Positions 10,357 through 21,700 of a DNA stretch of 64,000 bases are shown in pieces. The position numbers and the translations under genes were made by a program. The stretch lies in contig OZ219747.1 in the NCBI GenBank assembly GCA_964291265.2, positions 2,336,001 to 2,400,000 on the forward strand. Reading direction: 5' to 3'. Under the pieces are notes generated by a model, which searched no databases, was not told the origin of the DNA, and saw nothing but the letters and a program-made list of their open reading frames with translations. Numbering within the stretch: the stretch's first letter is position 1; every line of letters starts with the position of its first letter. This stretch comes from Alphaproteobacteria bacterium (GTDB lineage: Bacteria > Pseudomonadota > Alphaproteobacteria > SP197).

Positions 10357-11133
10357 TCACTCCAGCGTCACGATCTCCAGCGACAGGTCCGGCGGCGGCA
10401 AGGGCGGCAACTCCGCCGCCGGCAGCATGGCCGTGACCGCAGGAGGAGTCTCGAGATACCGCACCACGAAGTCGGTCATGAGGCCGAAGAAGAACGCGCA
10501 GCCGACGAGAAGGGGAAGAGCCACGCCGGTAAGCCAGAAATCGCGGTGGGAGCGCTTGAGCGCCCGCTCGATATGCCCGAACCGAAGGCCGAGCGAGGCG
10601 GTGTTCCTGACGAGGTCGCCCAGCGTCCGCGCTTCGTCGGCCTGCGCCTCCTTCTTCTCCGCCATGGCGTCGTGCGTCTCCTTGCGCAGCGTCTCGACGG
10701 CAGTCGACAGCGCCGGGACGGCATCCGCGGCAGCGGCGAGCGTGTCGGCGATCCTGTTCAGCGTGTCGTTCAGGGCGGCAAGGTCGGCGTGAACGGCGGC
10801 TGCCGACTTCACGTTGGCCTCGTCGAGCCTCGCCGCAAGACCGGCGACGTTGGCAAGGACGCCCTGCACCGCCTCCATCAGCTCCGCGTGTCCCTCCGCA
10901 CCGTTGCTGTCTTGCTCCTTGAGCCGCTCCGCAAGGGAAACGACGGCATCGACCAGGGCCTTCAGGACTTTGAGTTGCTGCTCCATCGACTTCTGCAACG
11001 CCGCGCCCTGCTCGCCGACGAGGGACTGGCACGCGTCCACGGCAGCCTGGATCGCCTCCAGCGCCTCCCGGTCCGCCGACGCCAGGCGCTGTGCCGGTTC
11101 AAGCGGGCGAAGAAGAGTCTTTCCTCGTGTCAT
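10357..11133 (-). CDS. Coiled-coil protein with C-terminal transmembrane helix
   Basis: ATG 11133 with GGGGAG RBS; Ala/Leu/Glu-rich heptads; FWLTGVALPLLVGCAFFFGLM; ends 6 bp before the relaxase start. Confidence 0.7.
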   Translation of the reverse strand: MTRGKTLLRPLEPAQRLASADREALEAIQAAVDACQSLVGEQGAALQKSMEQQLKVLKALVDAVVSLAERLKEQDSNGAEGHAELMEAVQGVLANVAGLAARLDEANVKSAAAVHADLAALNDTLNRIADTLAAAADAVPALSTAVETLRKETHDAMAEKKEAQADEARTLGDLVRNTASLGLRFGHIERALKRSHRDFWLTGVALPLLVGCAFFFGLMTDFVVRYLETPPAVTAMLPAAELPPLPPPDLSLEIVTLE

Positions 11134-11583
11134 GGCGCATCTCCCCCTGTCGTGACTTCGGCCCCTCCCCAGGCCATGACAGGGATGCACACAGGAAACC
11201 TGAGAATGCAACCGCTGAATCGACGGGGAGGGCAGCTACTCTGGAACTTTGGTAACTGCCCAGGTAACCGGCGAAGTCCTGAGTATGTGTTGACGTTGTT
11301 CGCGGTGAGCGTTGCTTAGTGTTGGCAAGTTGTTGATGCCGCATCCTCAACCAGTGACAATCGCCAACAACCACCTTGTGACCGAACGCTTGTAATGAAC
11401 AAATCTGACTGGCCGCGAGTGCGCATTCCGATCCCACCTTGCCGCCTAGACTACCCTCTGAAGAGACCGAACAAGCCATGATGGCTATATGCCAGCCGCT
11501 CTGGGATGCGGGAAAGATCCCAGTTGTAGGATGGGGAAGTGAGTTCGATGGAACTGAACTCCATCCCCCGTGTTTTCAGTGAA

Positions 11584-11910
11584 CTACGAGGCGTCAAGAT
11601 CAGCCAGGAATGCGCGTCCCTTGGCGGTTATTCTGAGGCCGCCCCCCGATACATGTTCTAGATACTCCAAGCGGATGAAGTTGTTGGGGCTGTTCTTGTG
11701 CGACTGAATGTTGCGCACGATCTGCTCCCAGCGTTGTTCTCCAGGGCGTGTAGGGGAGTCTTCCAAGTCACCCTCTGTGAGGCTGACGTAATGGGGCATG
11801 ACCGTTCTGAGTTCTTCATGAGTAGCTTCCCCGAAGGGCTGATGTTCCAAGTATCTCAGAACGGCAACGGACATGTCGCGTTCAGTGGTTCTTCCTGCTA
11901 TGTTGGGCAT
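11584..11910 (-). CDS. Small winged-helix protein, Mrr N-terminal-like
   Basis: GGAGG RBS; RWEQIVRNI helix and LRITAKGRAFL wing motif. Confidence 0.65.
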   Translation of the reverse strand: MPNIAGRTTERDMSVAVLRYLEHQPFGEATHEELRTVMPHYVSLTEGDLEDSPTRPGEQRWEQIVRNIQSHKNSPNNFIRLEYLEHVSGGGLRITAKGRAFLADLDAS

Positions 11911-12104
11911 TGTCTACCTCCTGTTGATTAGACTGCCGCTTTCCGTTTGATCCGCTGTGACGGATTCGACCGGGCTTGACGGCAGAGAAAGTCGCCCGAG
12001 CTACCTGCTCATTGCACTTCCTCCGTTTGTGATTGGACGGAGTATAATGCCACAATATCGGTAGTCTGTCAATATCCCGCATAAGTCCCATTGGGAAACA
12101 AGCG

Positions 12105-12300
12105 GCCGAATACGAATCATCAACGATTGGAGTGACTTCATATATGGCCGGGACCAGACCGATGATTTCGGCATGGTTTTCGAAGACCTGAATGTCTCCG
12201 CCTACGACGGAGACATTCGCGTCGACTACGGGCCGGAAACAATCAACCTGAAAGGCGACGGACCGAGAAGGTTGAAACGGAACACTTCATTTTCGGATAA
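12105..12300 (+). pseudogene. Possible remnant of an RTX/T1SS-secreted protein C-terminus
   Basis: SDFIYGRDQTD...FEDLNVSAYDGDIRVDYGPETINLKG, then after a shift EHFIFG-stop. Confidence 0.3.
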
Positions 12301-12531
12301 GGTGGATCAGCCAGCGTGCCCTTCCGTTGGCCGGGACGACATACCGTGACGGCATGCTCGACAGTTGGCGACAGCCACCCGATCGAATGGATGGTCCTGG
12401 TCGGGTCCATCCATCCGGTGATCGCTGGACGCGGAATCTCCCCACGAACATGATGGAGGACATGTCAGGGGAACGGTTCCAGAATATTCCCGGGAACGTT
12501 GCACAGATCGGCGGCGCTGTCCGTCAGACGT

Positions 12532-15500
12532 TCACTCCTCGAAGCCGAACGATTCTTCATCCAGCTTGAGGTCTCGGGCGTTGGCCTTGACGGTCTCGAC
12601 CACGTCATCGGGATATCCTTCGTCAGAAACGTTGCCTTCGAGTTCGACGGTGAGGCTCAGGGACGACCCTCTTGGCCTGGTGAGTTCGGCCAACAACCCG
12701 TCCATGATGCGTGCAACCTCCAGACCAGCACGGTCGGGATCGATGTCGAAGGTCGCATGGAACCGCGTTGGCTTCCTTTCGATCGGAGGAGGCGGTGGTG
12801 GAGGAGGCGGTGGTGGCGGAGGCGGCTCGGGTGTTTGTATCGCGTCGCGCTGGACCAGCAATCCGTCACCGTAGCTATCGGGCAGCCACACCTCCCGTTC
12901 GCGGACACCCTGGTAGTTGCCGTCTGCATCGACATCGGCTGCATAGGCATAGGGGGACATCGCATCTCCGCACAGCTTCTCCAGTGCCTCCTTGAGGGTC
13001 GCGTCGTCGCGCAACCGCGGCAGATAGACAAACGTGGCGAACCAGTCACGGACGGTGGAAATACGCAAGTGTGTGTCACCTTCGGACCACAGTTTCCCGA
13101 GTTCGTTCACCAGATTGTCCGGTCCCAGAGTTTCCAGCACGGTTCCGTCCGAAGTTACTTTCGCCCACACCGCCTCGGCAATCGTTCGAGCACTGCCGCG
13201 GTTTGTCAGTCGCGTCGCCTGTATCGAGAAGCCAGTACCACCGTTCGCCGTGTGCTCTGGATAGAGGATGTGCACCCATGTGCTGCGTATACCCTGCTGA
13301 AGGCTATCGTGGCTGCGCTTGGCCTGTGTCCTGGCGTCCTGTGTTTGTGCGTTGGTGAGGTTTGCCACCATATCGCTGTCTTCAAGGATCGAGCGCCATG
13401 CCAGTTCCTTTCTGGCGTTGTTCCGTGTGGTGGTGACGTCAGATTCGTTTGCGGCAACGAACACCAACGCGTTGCGATAGCGCCGTTGGCTACCACCGCG
13501 GCGCTGAAGAACAGCCTCAGCCTCAATGGCAGCAGGCGACGTCGATCCGACGTTCCTGTCATGGGCTCTGGACGGCGGAAGGATGAACAGAGCCACCGCA
13601 CGCTGATCCTCGATATCGGTCGGGTTGTCCGGGGCCACATGGACCCGCTGGAATCCCTCACGTGAGCGATTGTCATCACGCAGCATGCTGATGATGCGTT
13701 GATCAGCCTCGTCGTCGGAAATGTCGCGGGCGCGGTCATCGACGAGCTTGTTCAGGGTTGGCAGGGGCGAAAACCAGTAGCTGTCACCGTCGCGGTAAAG
13801 ATGGGCCGATCGCGATGCGACCTGCTCCAGGGCCTCTCCAAAGACGCTGATCTGGTCACCTGGCTGTGCACATGCCAGCCGGATCTCGGTGCCGCTCATG
13901 CCGCCACGCGGAGCGCCGGCGTGCGGTGCTGTACCGAAGAACACAGCCCTTGCAGCGGATCGCACGGCACGTGTTCGAGCAAGGCGCGGACGATCTACCT
14001 CGATCCTCGCGCTCAGGGACTGATCGCCATCGACCTCGTTCTGCAGGATGGGCCCGAAGGCACGATCAAGCGGTTCCAGCAGAGCCGTCCTCACCTTGTC
14101 CTCGCTGAAGGGAAGATGAGCCGGCATGATCAGTGGCGTGGCGCTTTCACCAGTCCACAGCGCGTGGACCACATTGGCCATGATCTTGAGAATACCCCTG
14201 GTACGCTGGAACTTCTCGAGCACGGACCAGTCCCCGGAAAAACGCGCCAGCACTTCCGGATGGAGTGGATAGGCCCGCCGCATTGCGTCTTCGTAACCCT
14301 TCTCAAGCACCTCGGACGGGAAGTCGGCCTTGTGCTTGCGATAGAACTGGCGGAACGCCCGCACGGTATCGTCTCGTGCCTTCTCGCCTGCAGCATCAAG
14401 CGGCTGGAACAACCGCTGGCGAACAATCTCGTAAGTCTCGGTACCGCTTGCAGGCGTCCACGCCGACTGCACACGCCCGAAGATCTTCTCGAGGCGCTGG
14501 AGAGCATCCCGACCCTGTTCGTCGCCGACTTCAGCGCCCGACTCCGGGAGAGACCCGATGACCACCGCATGCTCGACAGCCGCGGCGGTCTCGGTGAGGG
14601 ACTGAATGAATGCGTGGAAGGCGTCGTACTCCAAACCGCGCAACTGGCGGGCAAAGGCAACGACCTCGTCCATCAGAATGAGACAGGGGGCCGCTTGACG
14701 CAGGATGGGTATCAGACGTTCCGACCCCGGATTGGTGCGGGCGGCCTCCGAACTGGCGATGGTCTCGAAAGCCGACCAGCCACCCAGACGCCAGGCAAGG
14801 TATCCCCACAGGGTGCGAATCTCACGCCCGTCACCTGTGTGCATGGCCTCGGCTGCGCCCTTGTGGGTGCCCACGAACACCGCACGATTGACTCGACCGA
14901 GGGTCTCGACGCCGGCGGCCTCGAAGATGGCCCCCAAGCCTGCCAATTCTTCCGGTTTGTAGCCCTCCTCCGCTGCACCCGCCAGGTGGTGGAGCGCCAG
15001 CATGGTATGGGTCTTGCCGCCGCCGAAGTTGGTCTGCAGTCCGATGACCGGCTCCCCCCCGGTACCGGCCAGCCGCGCCAGCGTCGAGGTGAGGACCCGG
15101 CTCAGACCCTCGGTCGTGTAGGTGATGCGAAAGAATGCCGCAGGATCGACATACTCCTCATCCCCCTCCCCTTGGTCCACCTGCGCCAGGTTGGCGGCGA
15201 ACTTGGAGTCGGAGACTCCAGCCTCGAGGACATCAGCATGGGGAGTGCAGACTTCGCGCCAGGGAAGCAGCCGATGCGACACCTCGGCCTCGTCAAGAGC
15301 GAGCTGCGGAAAGCGTGTGTCTGACCGGCCGGTTCCCACCGCACGCTGCTCCTCGTACAGACGATCAATGACGCGAACCTGCGATGATGCGTTGACGGCT
15401 TCTGCGACCTTGCCAAGGGCATCCAGGTGGCGCAGGGCTTCGCGTGGGTCGAGGTCACCGTTGAAATGGGCCACGGCGTTACGGGCCTCCATCGAAGCAA

Positions 15501-15774
15501 AGACGAAATTCCGAACACCGCGGTGCATCCGATCGTCGTCGATGGAGATATCACGCCAGTTGTCCTGGACGGTTTTCAACAACGCATGGACATCAAGCGC
15601 CTTCTCCGCAACCCCGCCACGGGCTCGGCTGGCGAAGCGATGCCAGTCCGGCCCGTGTCGCTGCTCCATGTACCTGGTCACATACGGTTCAAGACCAGTG
15701 CGTAGCGCTTCGAGTCCCGCTTCGACCCTTTGCTTGGCCTCAAGAGCAGCCTGTCTTTCGCCATCCCTTGTCAT
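12532..15774 (-). CDS. DUF499-family ATPase with N-terminal Swt1-like HEPN domain
   Basis: RNAVAH (Rx4H), LPWREVCTPHADV, LQTNFGGGKTH, LILMDE, AYPLHPE, FQRTRGIL. Confidence 0.9.
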   Translation of the reverse strand: MTRDGERQAALEAKQRVEAGLEALRTGLEPYVTRYMEQRHGPDWHRFASRARGGVAEKALDVHALLKTVQDNWRDISIDDDRMHRGVRNFVFASMEARNAVAHFNGDLDPREALRHLDALGKVAEAVNASSQVRVIDRLYEEQRAVGTGRSDTRFPQLALDEAEVSHRLLPWREVCTPHADVLEAGVSDSKFAANLAQVDQGEGDEEYVDPAAFFRITYTTEGLSRVLTSTLARLAGTGGEPVIGLQTNFGGGKTHTMLALHHLAGAAEEGYKPEELAGLGAIFEAAGVETLGRVNRAVFVGTHKGAAEAMHTGDGREIRTLWGYLAWRLGGWSAFETIASSEAARTNPGSERLIPILRQAAPCLILMDEVVAFARQLRGLEYDAFHAFIQSLTETAAAVEHAVVIGSLPESGAEVGDEQGRDALQRLEKIFGRVQSAWTPASGTETYEIVRQRLFQPLDAAGEKARDDTVRAFRQFYRKHKADFPSEVLEKGYEDAMRRAYPLHPEVLARFSGDWSVLEKFQRTRGILKIMANVVHALWTGESATPLIMPAHLPFSEDKVRTALLEPLDRAFGPILQNEVDGDQSLSARIEVDRPRLARTRAVRSAARAVFFGTAPHAGAPRGGMSGTEIRLACAQPGDQISVFGEALEQVASRSAHLYRDGDSYWFSPLPTLNKLVDDRARDISDDEADQRIISMLRDDNRSREGFQRVHVAPDNPTDIEDQRAVALFILPPSRAHDRNVGSTSPAAIEAEAVLQRRGGSQRRYRNALVFVAANESDVTTTRNNARKELAWRSILEDSDMVANLTNAQTQDARTQAKRSHDSLQQGIRSTWVHILYPEHTANGGTGFSIQATRLTNRGSARTIAEAVWAKVTSDGTVLETLGPDNLVNELGKLWSEGDTHLRISTVRDWFATFVYLPRLRDDATLKEALEKLCGDAMSPYAYAADVDADGNYQGVREREVWLPDSYGDGLLVQRDAIQTPEPPPPPPPPPPPPPPIERKPTRFHATFDIDPDRAGLEVARIMDGLLAELTRPRGSSLSLTVELEGNVSDEGYPDDVVETVKANARDLKLDEESFGFEE

Positions 15775-15822
15775 GGGGCCTCTCCCGGTAGCAGCGTTGC
15801 GAACATCCGACAGTCACAGATG

Positions 15823-18717
15823 CTACAGGAACGAAGGCTCCTGGTCAGGAGCGCTGACAGCGCCTTCGAGCGCTGCCCACTCGCTCACAAGCATGTTCCA
15901 CGCCTGAGCCTCTGACGCGCGACCCGTGCGTTCACAGATATCATAGAGGCGGTAGGCGAGTTGCCGTGCCGCTTCTCCCTGCTCCGGCGGCATGCGTCCA
16001 TAGAGCCGTGCCGCTGCTTCGAGACCGCCTTCGCTCGCCTCCAGGACACGAACCAGATGTTGCGCACACTCCCACGCGGTGAGTCGCGTGTCGCTCTGCG
16101 GATCCCAATCGGGCGGCAACTCCTTGCGCAGCAGCAGGCGCGCCTCGCCGGCTCTGGCACTGAACACACCGGCGTTGTTGAGATCGTCGATGCTGATCCC
16201 GTAGGCCTGCGCCATGGTGATCGCTTCACCGGACGTGCCGCGTCTTGCGCCGAACGCTTCGAACCACTCGATGCAGAAGCGGGTATCAGGATCATACCCG
16301 GCGGCCTCTTCGCCCCCTATCTCGTCACGCACCTGGTTGATGAGAGCGATTGCGGTGCGAACGGTCATGGTCGAGTCGTCCGCCTCCAGCACCTTCGAGG
16401 CAGCTGTGAACACGCCCATACCGGGGCCAATGGATGCTTGAGCCATGTCGACCGGGCCAACGCCGCCTGAGCGGATCTTCGCAAGAGCGTCGGGCATCTG
16501 CGAGCGAAGTTTCGCGATGAACTCACGTCGTGTAATCACCGGTGCATCGACAGGGCGCTTGCGGCAAACCAGCACGATGGATGAGGCAAGTGCGTTGGCG
16601 CCGGAAGCGATCATGCGATTGGGAAGCTCCGTCTTTATCGGCCATGTGCCGTCGACTATGTAGCCAACATCGACGAGCCCCTGTAGAAAGGTCGCCCAGC
16701 CAGGAGACGTCAGCCCTTCCTTGGAAAGCTCGGTTTCCTTGAAGGCATAGTAAAGCGTCACGGGAAAGGCGCTGGCGCCACTCTGATGCATGTTGAGGAG
16801 CGCTTGGCGCATGCCGTCCATGAAGAACTGCTCCGCCTCTTCCTTGCCACCGTGACGGTACGGCGAGGCAACAAGCTCTTCATTCTTCGGCACCAGTACG
16901 CGTCTGAAAAGGTCGGGCCAGACATCGCGCAGCGTGCGCCGTTGCCACACGTAAAAGAAGTCCGACAGATCTGCATAGCTGATGTTGCCGTAGTAGGGCG
17001 GGTCCGTTGCGATGATCGCATCTTCGCCAAGCCCGGTGTCGTCGGCCGTGGCCTGTTGAATCACAGCGCTCCGGGCCGCCGCCGGGCTGTTGTCCACCAC
17101 ATTCGCGAGGTAGTCCACTTGCCCGACGAAACTGCCGCTAGAATTGCTGAACGGATTGGCTTCGCAGAAATCCCACACCATGGGGAGTGCTTGGCGCGCG
17201 AATACGTGTTCGACCTTGGCTCCACCGGTATGCCAGCGGCTGAGTTTCGAACTCCGGTTCACCTGCCGACTGACACACAGCCCCAGATAGGTCGCCACGG
17301 CGTCAGCGTAGGCACACGCTCCCGTGCCGCCGTCCGCCAGCCGTGTGGCATCGGGTGCCATTCCGGCCGCCAGCGCATCCGCCAGCACCTTCTCCCGCGC
17401 CTCGGCCACCAGATCCGAAAGCGTCGTCAGCGCCACCAGTTGCCGGTCAGTGAAGAGGGCGGCGAAGGTGGTAAGACCATAGCCGTAACATGTGCCGCCG
17501 GTGAGCCTACGAGGTACTTCACCACCGGGTGACCATTCCGGCTCAGCTGAACGAGCGACTTCCTCCATCTCGTCTGTTGGGTCGAGATAGACACGGCCAC
17601 GCTTGCCTTTTGTCACCACCGCCATCAGACGTGCGTCCATGCGCCCCGCCTTGCCCTCGGTCTTGATGTAGTCGGCTTGGATCAGCGTTCCCGAGATCAG
17701 GCAAGTGAAGTTGGCGCCACCACCGGCCCTGGCGCCCGACTGTGCCCTTGCCAGTTCCTCCGGCTCGATGCCGCCCGCTTTCACCGTGAACGAGTAGTCC
17801 ACGCTCTCACGACACACCTCGGGGACGACGACTGCTTCCATGCCTTTCTTCGATGACAGGACGAACGAGCTTGCCAGGGGCACGTGCGCGCCTCGCAGCA
17901 TTGGATCGGGCGAGGCGACAGTATGAACCCAGAACCAGGCAATGACGGTCAGTTCCTGCCCCACCCAAGGCTCGAGGTCGGAGCGTGCCGCCGCCATCGC
18001 TTTGGTGACCGGAACCTTCGGGTAGAGATGGCCGATGCTGGCCTCGGCCTTGTCTCGCATCCACTTGCCGAAATGGCGGATGTCCTCGGCGAGGCCCCGC
18101 GCGCCGTTCCACGCCACGTTCAGGTCGCGCGCCGGGTTCACTGGCTGCCGCCCGGCAAACTTCGGTGGGATCTCGCAGGTCGCCTTGGAAACCAGCACCG
18201 CCACAGGATTGAGGTCGGAACCGTGTGCCTTGAGGCCAAGGCGCTGTGCCTCCAAAGGGATCGAGCCACCACCACAGAACGGATCACAGACCGGAGGAGC
18301 ATTGCAGGCGAGCCAGTTAAGCACCGCATCCGGATCATCGCGTGGCGGTGTGCGCTCGCCCCGACCACGGGCGATGGAACGGGCGATCTCCCATCGCGCC
18401 TGCTCCAGGATGTAGCGCTTGTTGGAGTTCTTCCAGGGCACAAGCTGCTCGATGATCTTGTGCAGGCGATCGCGTTCAGCTGTCTGTGCTTCCTCCGTCG
18501 GAAACTCCTCCGGCCAGCTGGAAGGATCGTCCACCAGCTGGCTGAAGAGCACGGCTCGGCAGGATGCCAGGGGTCGCCGGGCCCACCAATGGTGAAACGT
18601 GGAAGGATGCCCGCGTGCGCCCGAGGGCTCCCGCTTCGAGGCCTTGTTGATGGTGTTCAGCGGCAGTGAAACCTCGATGAGCTTCCTGCGGTGCGGAGAG
18701 TGAGACAGAGTAGTCAT
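15823..18717 (-). CDS. DUF1156-containing adenine DNA methyltransferase
   Basis: KLIEVSLPL, HHWWARRPLA, DPFCGGGSIPLEA, TDPPYY. Confidence 0.92.
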   Translation of the reverse strand: MTTLSHSPHRRKLIEVSLPLNTINKASKREPSGARGHPSTFHHWWARRPLASCRAVLFSQLVDDPSSWPEEFPTEEAQTAERDRLHKIIEQLVPWKNSNKRYILEQARWEIARSIARGRGERTPPRDDPDAVLNWLACNAPPVCDPFCGGGSIPLEAQRLGLKAHGSDLNPVAVLVSKATCEIPPKFAGRQPVNPARDLNVAWNGARGLAEDIRHFGKWMRDKAEASIGHLYPKVPVTKAMAAARSDLEPWVGQELTVIAWFWVHTVASPDPMLRGAHVPLASSFVLSSKKGMEAVVVPEVCRESVDYSFTVKAGGIEPEELARAQSGARAGGGANFTCLISGTLIQADYIKTEGKAGRMDARLMAVVTKGKRGRVYLDPTDEMEEVARSAEPEWSPGGEVPRRLTGGTCYGYGLTTFAALFTDRQLVALTTLSDLVAEAREKVLADALAAGMAPDATRLADGGTGACAYADAVATYLGLCVSRQVNRSSKLSRWHTGGAKVEHVFARQALPMVWDFCEANPFSNSSGSFVGQVDYLANVVDNSPAAARSAVIQQATADDTGLGEDAIIATDPPYYGNISYADLSDFFYVWQRRTLRDVWPDLFRRVLVPKNEELVASPYRHGGKEEAEQFFMDGMRQALLNMHQSGASAFPVTLYYAFKETELSKEGLTSPGWATFLQGLVDVGYIVDGTWPIKTELPNRMIASGANALASSIVLVCRKRPVDAPVITRREFIAKLRSQMPDALAKIRSGGVGPVDMAQASIGPGMGVFTAASKVLEADDSTMTVRTAIALINQVRDEIGGEEAAGYDPDTRFCIEWFEAFGARRGTSGEAITMAQAYGISIDDLNNAGVFSARAGEARLLLRKELPPDWDPQSDTRLTAWECAQHLVRVLEASEGGLEAAARLYGRMPPEQGEAARQLAYRLYDICERTGRASEAQAWNMLVSEWAALEGAVSAPDQEPSFL

Positions 18718-21700
18718 ATGTCTTGCCGTGTCGTCTGTTGTGCGGCCGCCGCGATGGAGGCGATGGTGATGGCCCGATTGACCTCGTTGAAGCCCGGTTC
18801 GGAACCGAACAGGGGAGCGGGATCGGGAACATAGAGAGGTTCCTGCGCCACGCCGTCGCGGACGAGAACCGCAGCCAGAATGAAGGTCTCGCCCGCATTG
18901 AGTGCCGTCAGGATCTCGTTGCGCGTCAGCGTGATGGTACGCGCATCGGCACGGCGCCCCTTGACTTCTATGAAGCGCAAACGGCCGGTCTCCGGCTCCC
19001 GGCTTTCGATGTCGTAGCCTCGATCTTCCGACGAGACATCGCGCGGTTCGTTGCCAAGACCGCGTTCGTGGGCCATGACCGCTTCCATCGCCATGGTCTC
19101 GGTTTCTGCGCGGGAAAGGGAATCATGCGTCGTATCCGGTGGATCCCCGCCGTCATCGTCGGTCGAGCCGTTGCCAAGCAGCCGCGCAGGCACGATGAGA
19201 GCGGCTCCGCAGATCTCCGGTGGCAGCGGTGCGATGTCGCGTTGGCGCTCGATGTCAGCAAGACGCCGCTGCAGTCGTTCGTAAAGTGTATCGACTTGCC
19301 GCCGGATGTTCGCGGAATTGAGTCGGGAGCGTTTGCCGGCGCATTCCTCCGCCTCGACCTCAAGCGCGCGGTGCGTGAGGTGGGTGATTTCCCGGCGCAT
19401 GCGGTCTTTCACCGCATCCTCGACCTTGTCGAGATCACCAAGGTGCTTCACCCTGACCTCGTCCAGGTGGCGTGGAACCAGATCGGAAATCGCGAGGGCA
19501 CGGGCACGGTCTTCGAGCGGGCCCTTGAGCCACGGATCGTCCAGCAGCGCCGCCACGACCTCCCGTTCGGCGCCATCCAACGGACGGCAGTCGAGGTAGG
19601 GAGCGGGGCCGCCTTCGGCGGCCCGTCCGTTCTCGTCCAGCCAGACGAACTGAAGGCGCTCGGAGACTATCTGCGGCTGACCATTGCGGACGGTGCGGCC
19701 ATCGCGGATCGCATGGCGAAGGGCAACAAGGACCCGCGGAGCGTCGTGCCTGTCCGCCACATCGACGAGCGCGGCGCCCCTGGTCAGTAGATCCCGGTAG
19801 CGTTCCAGGGTCAGGTCAATCAGAGCGTCGAGAAGAGGGTGGCCCGGCGCCACCAGGGCCGCCTGAGGCTGACCGGAGACATGTGTCTTGTCGAAGCAGA
19901 TGCGACGGTAGCGCTCGAGCACGGGGTCGCTGCGTCCGATGAGGCGATCACGGTCACGCAGCAACGGCGGGACGCGCATGATCTCGACGCGCCCCTTCTC
20001 CCGACGGCGCATTCGGCCGCCGGCCTCCGCCAACGCCACCTCGAAGAAGGAGCCGATGTGGTGAGGCTGGAGACGCGAAGCTGCAGCCCTCTCCATCGCA
20101 TCACGGACTCCACGTACGGTTGAAGGATCAAGACCCTCCCGGGTGAGCTTGTTGCGGGCCACGAGGTCGTTGATGTTGTCGATATCGACCTTGCCGTCGA
20201 TTGTCCGGAACAGATTGGCGCGAACCTCGGGCCTTTCGCCGTAGCGGATCGCTTCCATGAAGAGATCCTTCAGGGGTCTGTCCTCGAAGAGCTCACCGAG
20301 CACGTCATAGACCTTGCCGCCAAGCGCCTCCCGCGCGGTCTCCAGCTTCTCCAGGAGCCGCTGATAAACTGCGCCCTCGCGTGTCTCACTGGCCACGAGA
20401 TTCCACAGGTGGCACACCTCGGTCTGACCGATCCGGTGGATCCGGCCAAAACGCTGCTCCAAGCGGTTGGGATTCCATGGCAGATCGTAGTTGACCATCA
20501 GGTGACCTCCTCGCTGGAGGTTGACACCTTCGCCCGCAGCGTCGTTGGCCAGCAGGAAACGCAAGACGGGATCGTCGTTGAAGGCCGCAATGATGGCGCG
20601 CCGACGATCACGCGGAACACTGCCGTGGATGAGCTCGACACTTTCGGGGATGCCGGTGCGGTCGCGGATCCTGTTGGCCAGATAGGTCAGCGTGTCGCGG
20701 GCCTCAGCAAAGATGACGATCTTCCTTCGGGCGCCACCCTCCTGACCGAGCACCATCGGATCGTCGAGGATGCGATCAAGTTCACGCCACTTGGTGTCCT
20801 CGCCGGAGCGGCGCAGCGTGTGGGCCATCCCTTCGAGGCGCCGCAATTCCGCGATCTCCGCTTCGAGTTCGGTGATGGTCTGTGCGGCGGTGGCGCGATC
20901 AACCAGGCGGTCCTCGTGAACCTCCAGTTCCTCGCCCGTAGCCTCCTCGAAGTCGTTTTCGTCGAAGCTGAGCTCCGTCGCTACCGATGACAACCGGTCA
21001 CGCACCGGTGGGTTCTTCCGGCCGTGTCTTTCTTCCACAAGCCTCGCCTCCAACCGCGCCAGACGGCGCTTCATCGATTCATGAATGGCCGCAGGCGAGG
21101 ACGCCAGGCGGCGCTGCAGGATCTGCAAGGCAAAGCCGATGTTGTTGCGGCGCTTCGCGCCATCAACAGCCAGACGGTCCGCACGGTTCATCTCCTCGCG
21201 CACATAGCGGGTGACGGCCTCATAGAGTTCGGCCTCCCTTTCCGACAACTCGTATGAGACGGTATAGGCGCGGCGCTCCGGAAACAGAGGCCTGCTGTCG
21301 AACCGGTAGAGTTCTTCCTTGGTGAGCCGCCGCATCATGTCCGACGGATCAACCTTGCGCACACCCTGCCGGAAACGCCCCTCGAAACGGTCGGCATCGA
21401 GGAGACCCATGAAGAGCTGGAAATCCTCCTCCTTGCCGTTGTGCGGCGTTGCCGTCATCAACAGGAGATGGCGAGTCAGACGGCCTGCCAGGGAACCCAA
21501 TTGAAAGCGCTTGGTGTATCGAACCTCCTGGCCAAAGAAGGAGGCCGACATGCGATGGGCTTCATCGCACACGATCAGGTCCCAGGGCGGCGCCTTCTCG
21601 AGCTTTGCCCGGAGATCGTCGTTGCGAGCAAGCATGTCGAGGCGCGCGATCAACCGCTGCCCTTCGGCAAAGGGATTGCCGGTCACAGAGGTCTCCACTC

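Noticed and set aside
6418-11319. 1633-aa plus-strand ORF
   Set aside because: Antisense shadow of the relaxase in high-GC DNA; no recognisable motifs
11500-11570. Imperfect inverted repeats as a terminator or oriT
   Set aside because: Short stems, no clear U-tract or nic-like motif
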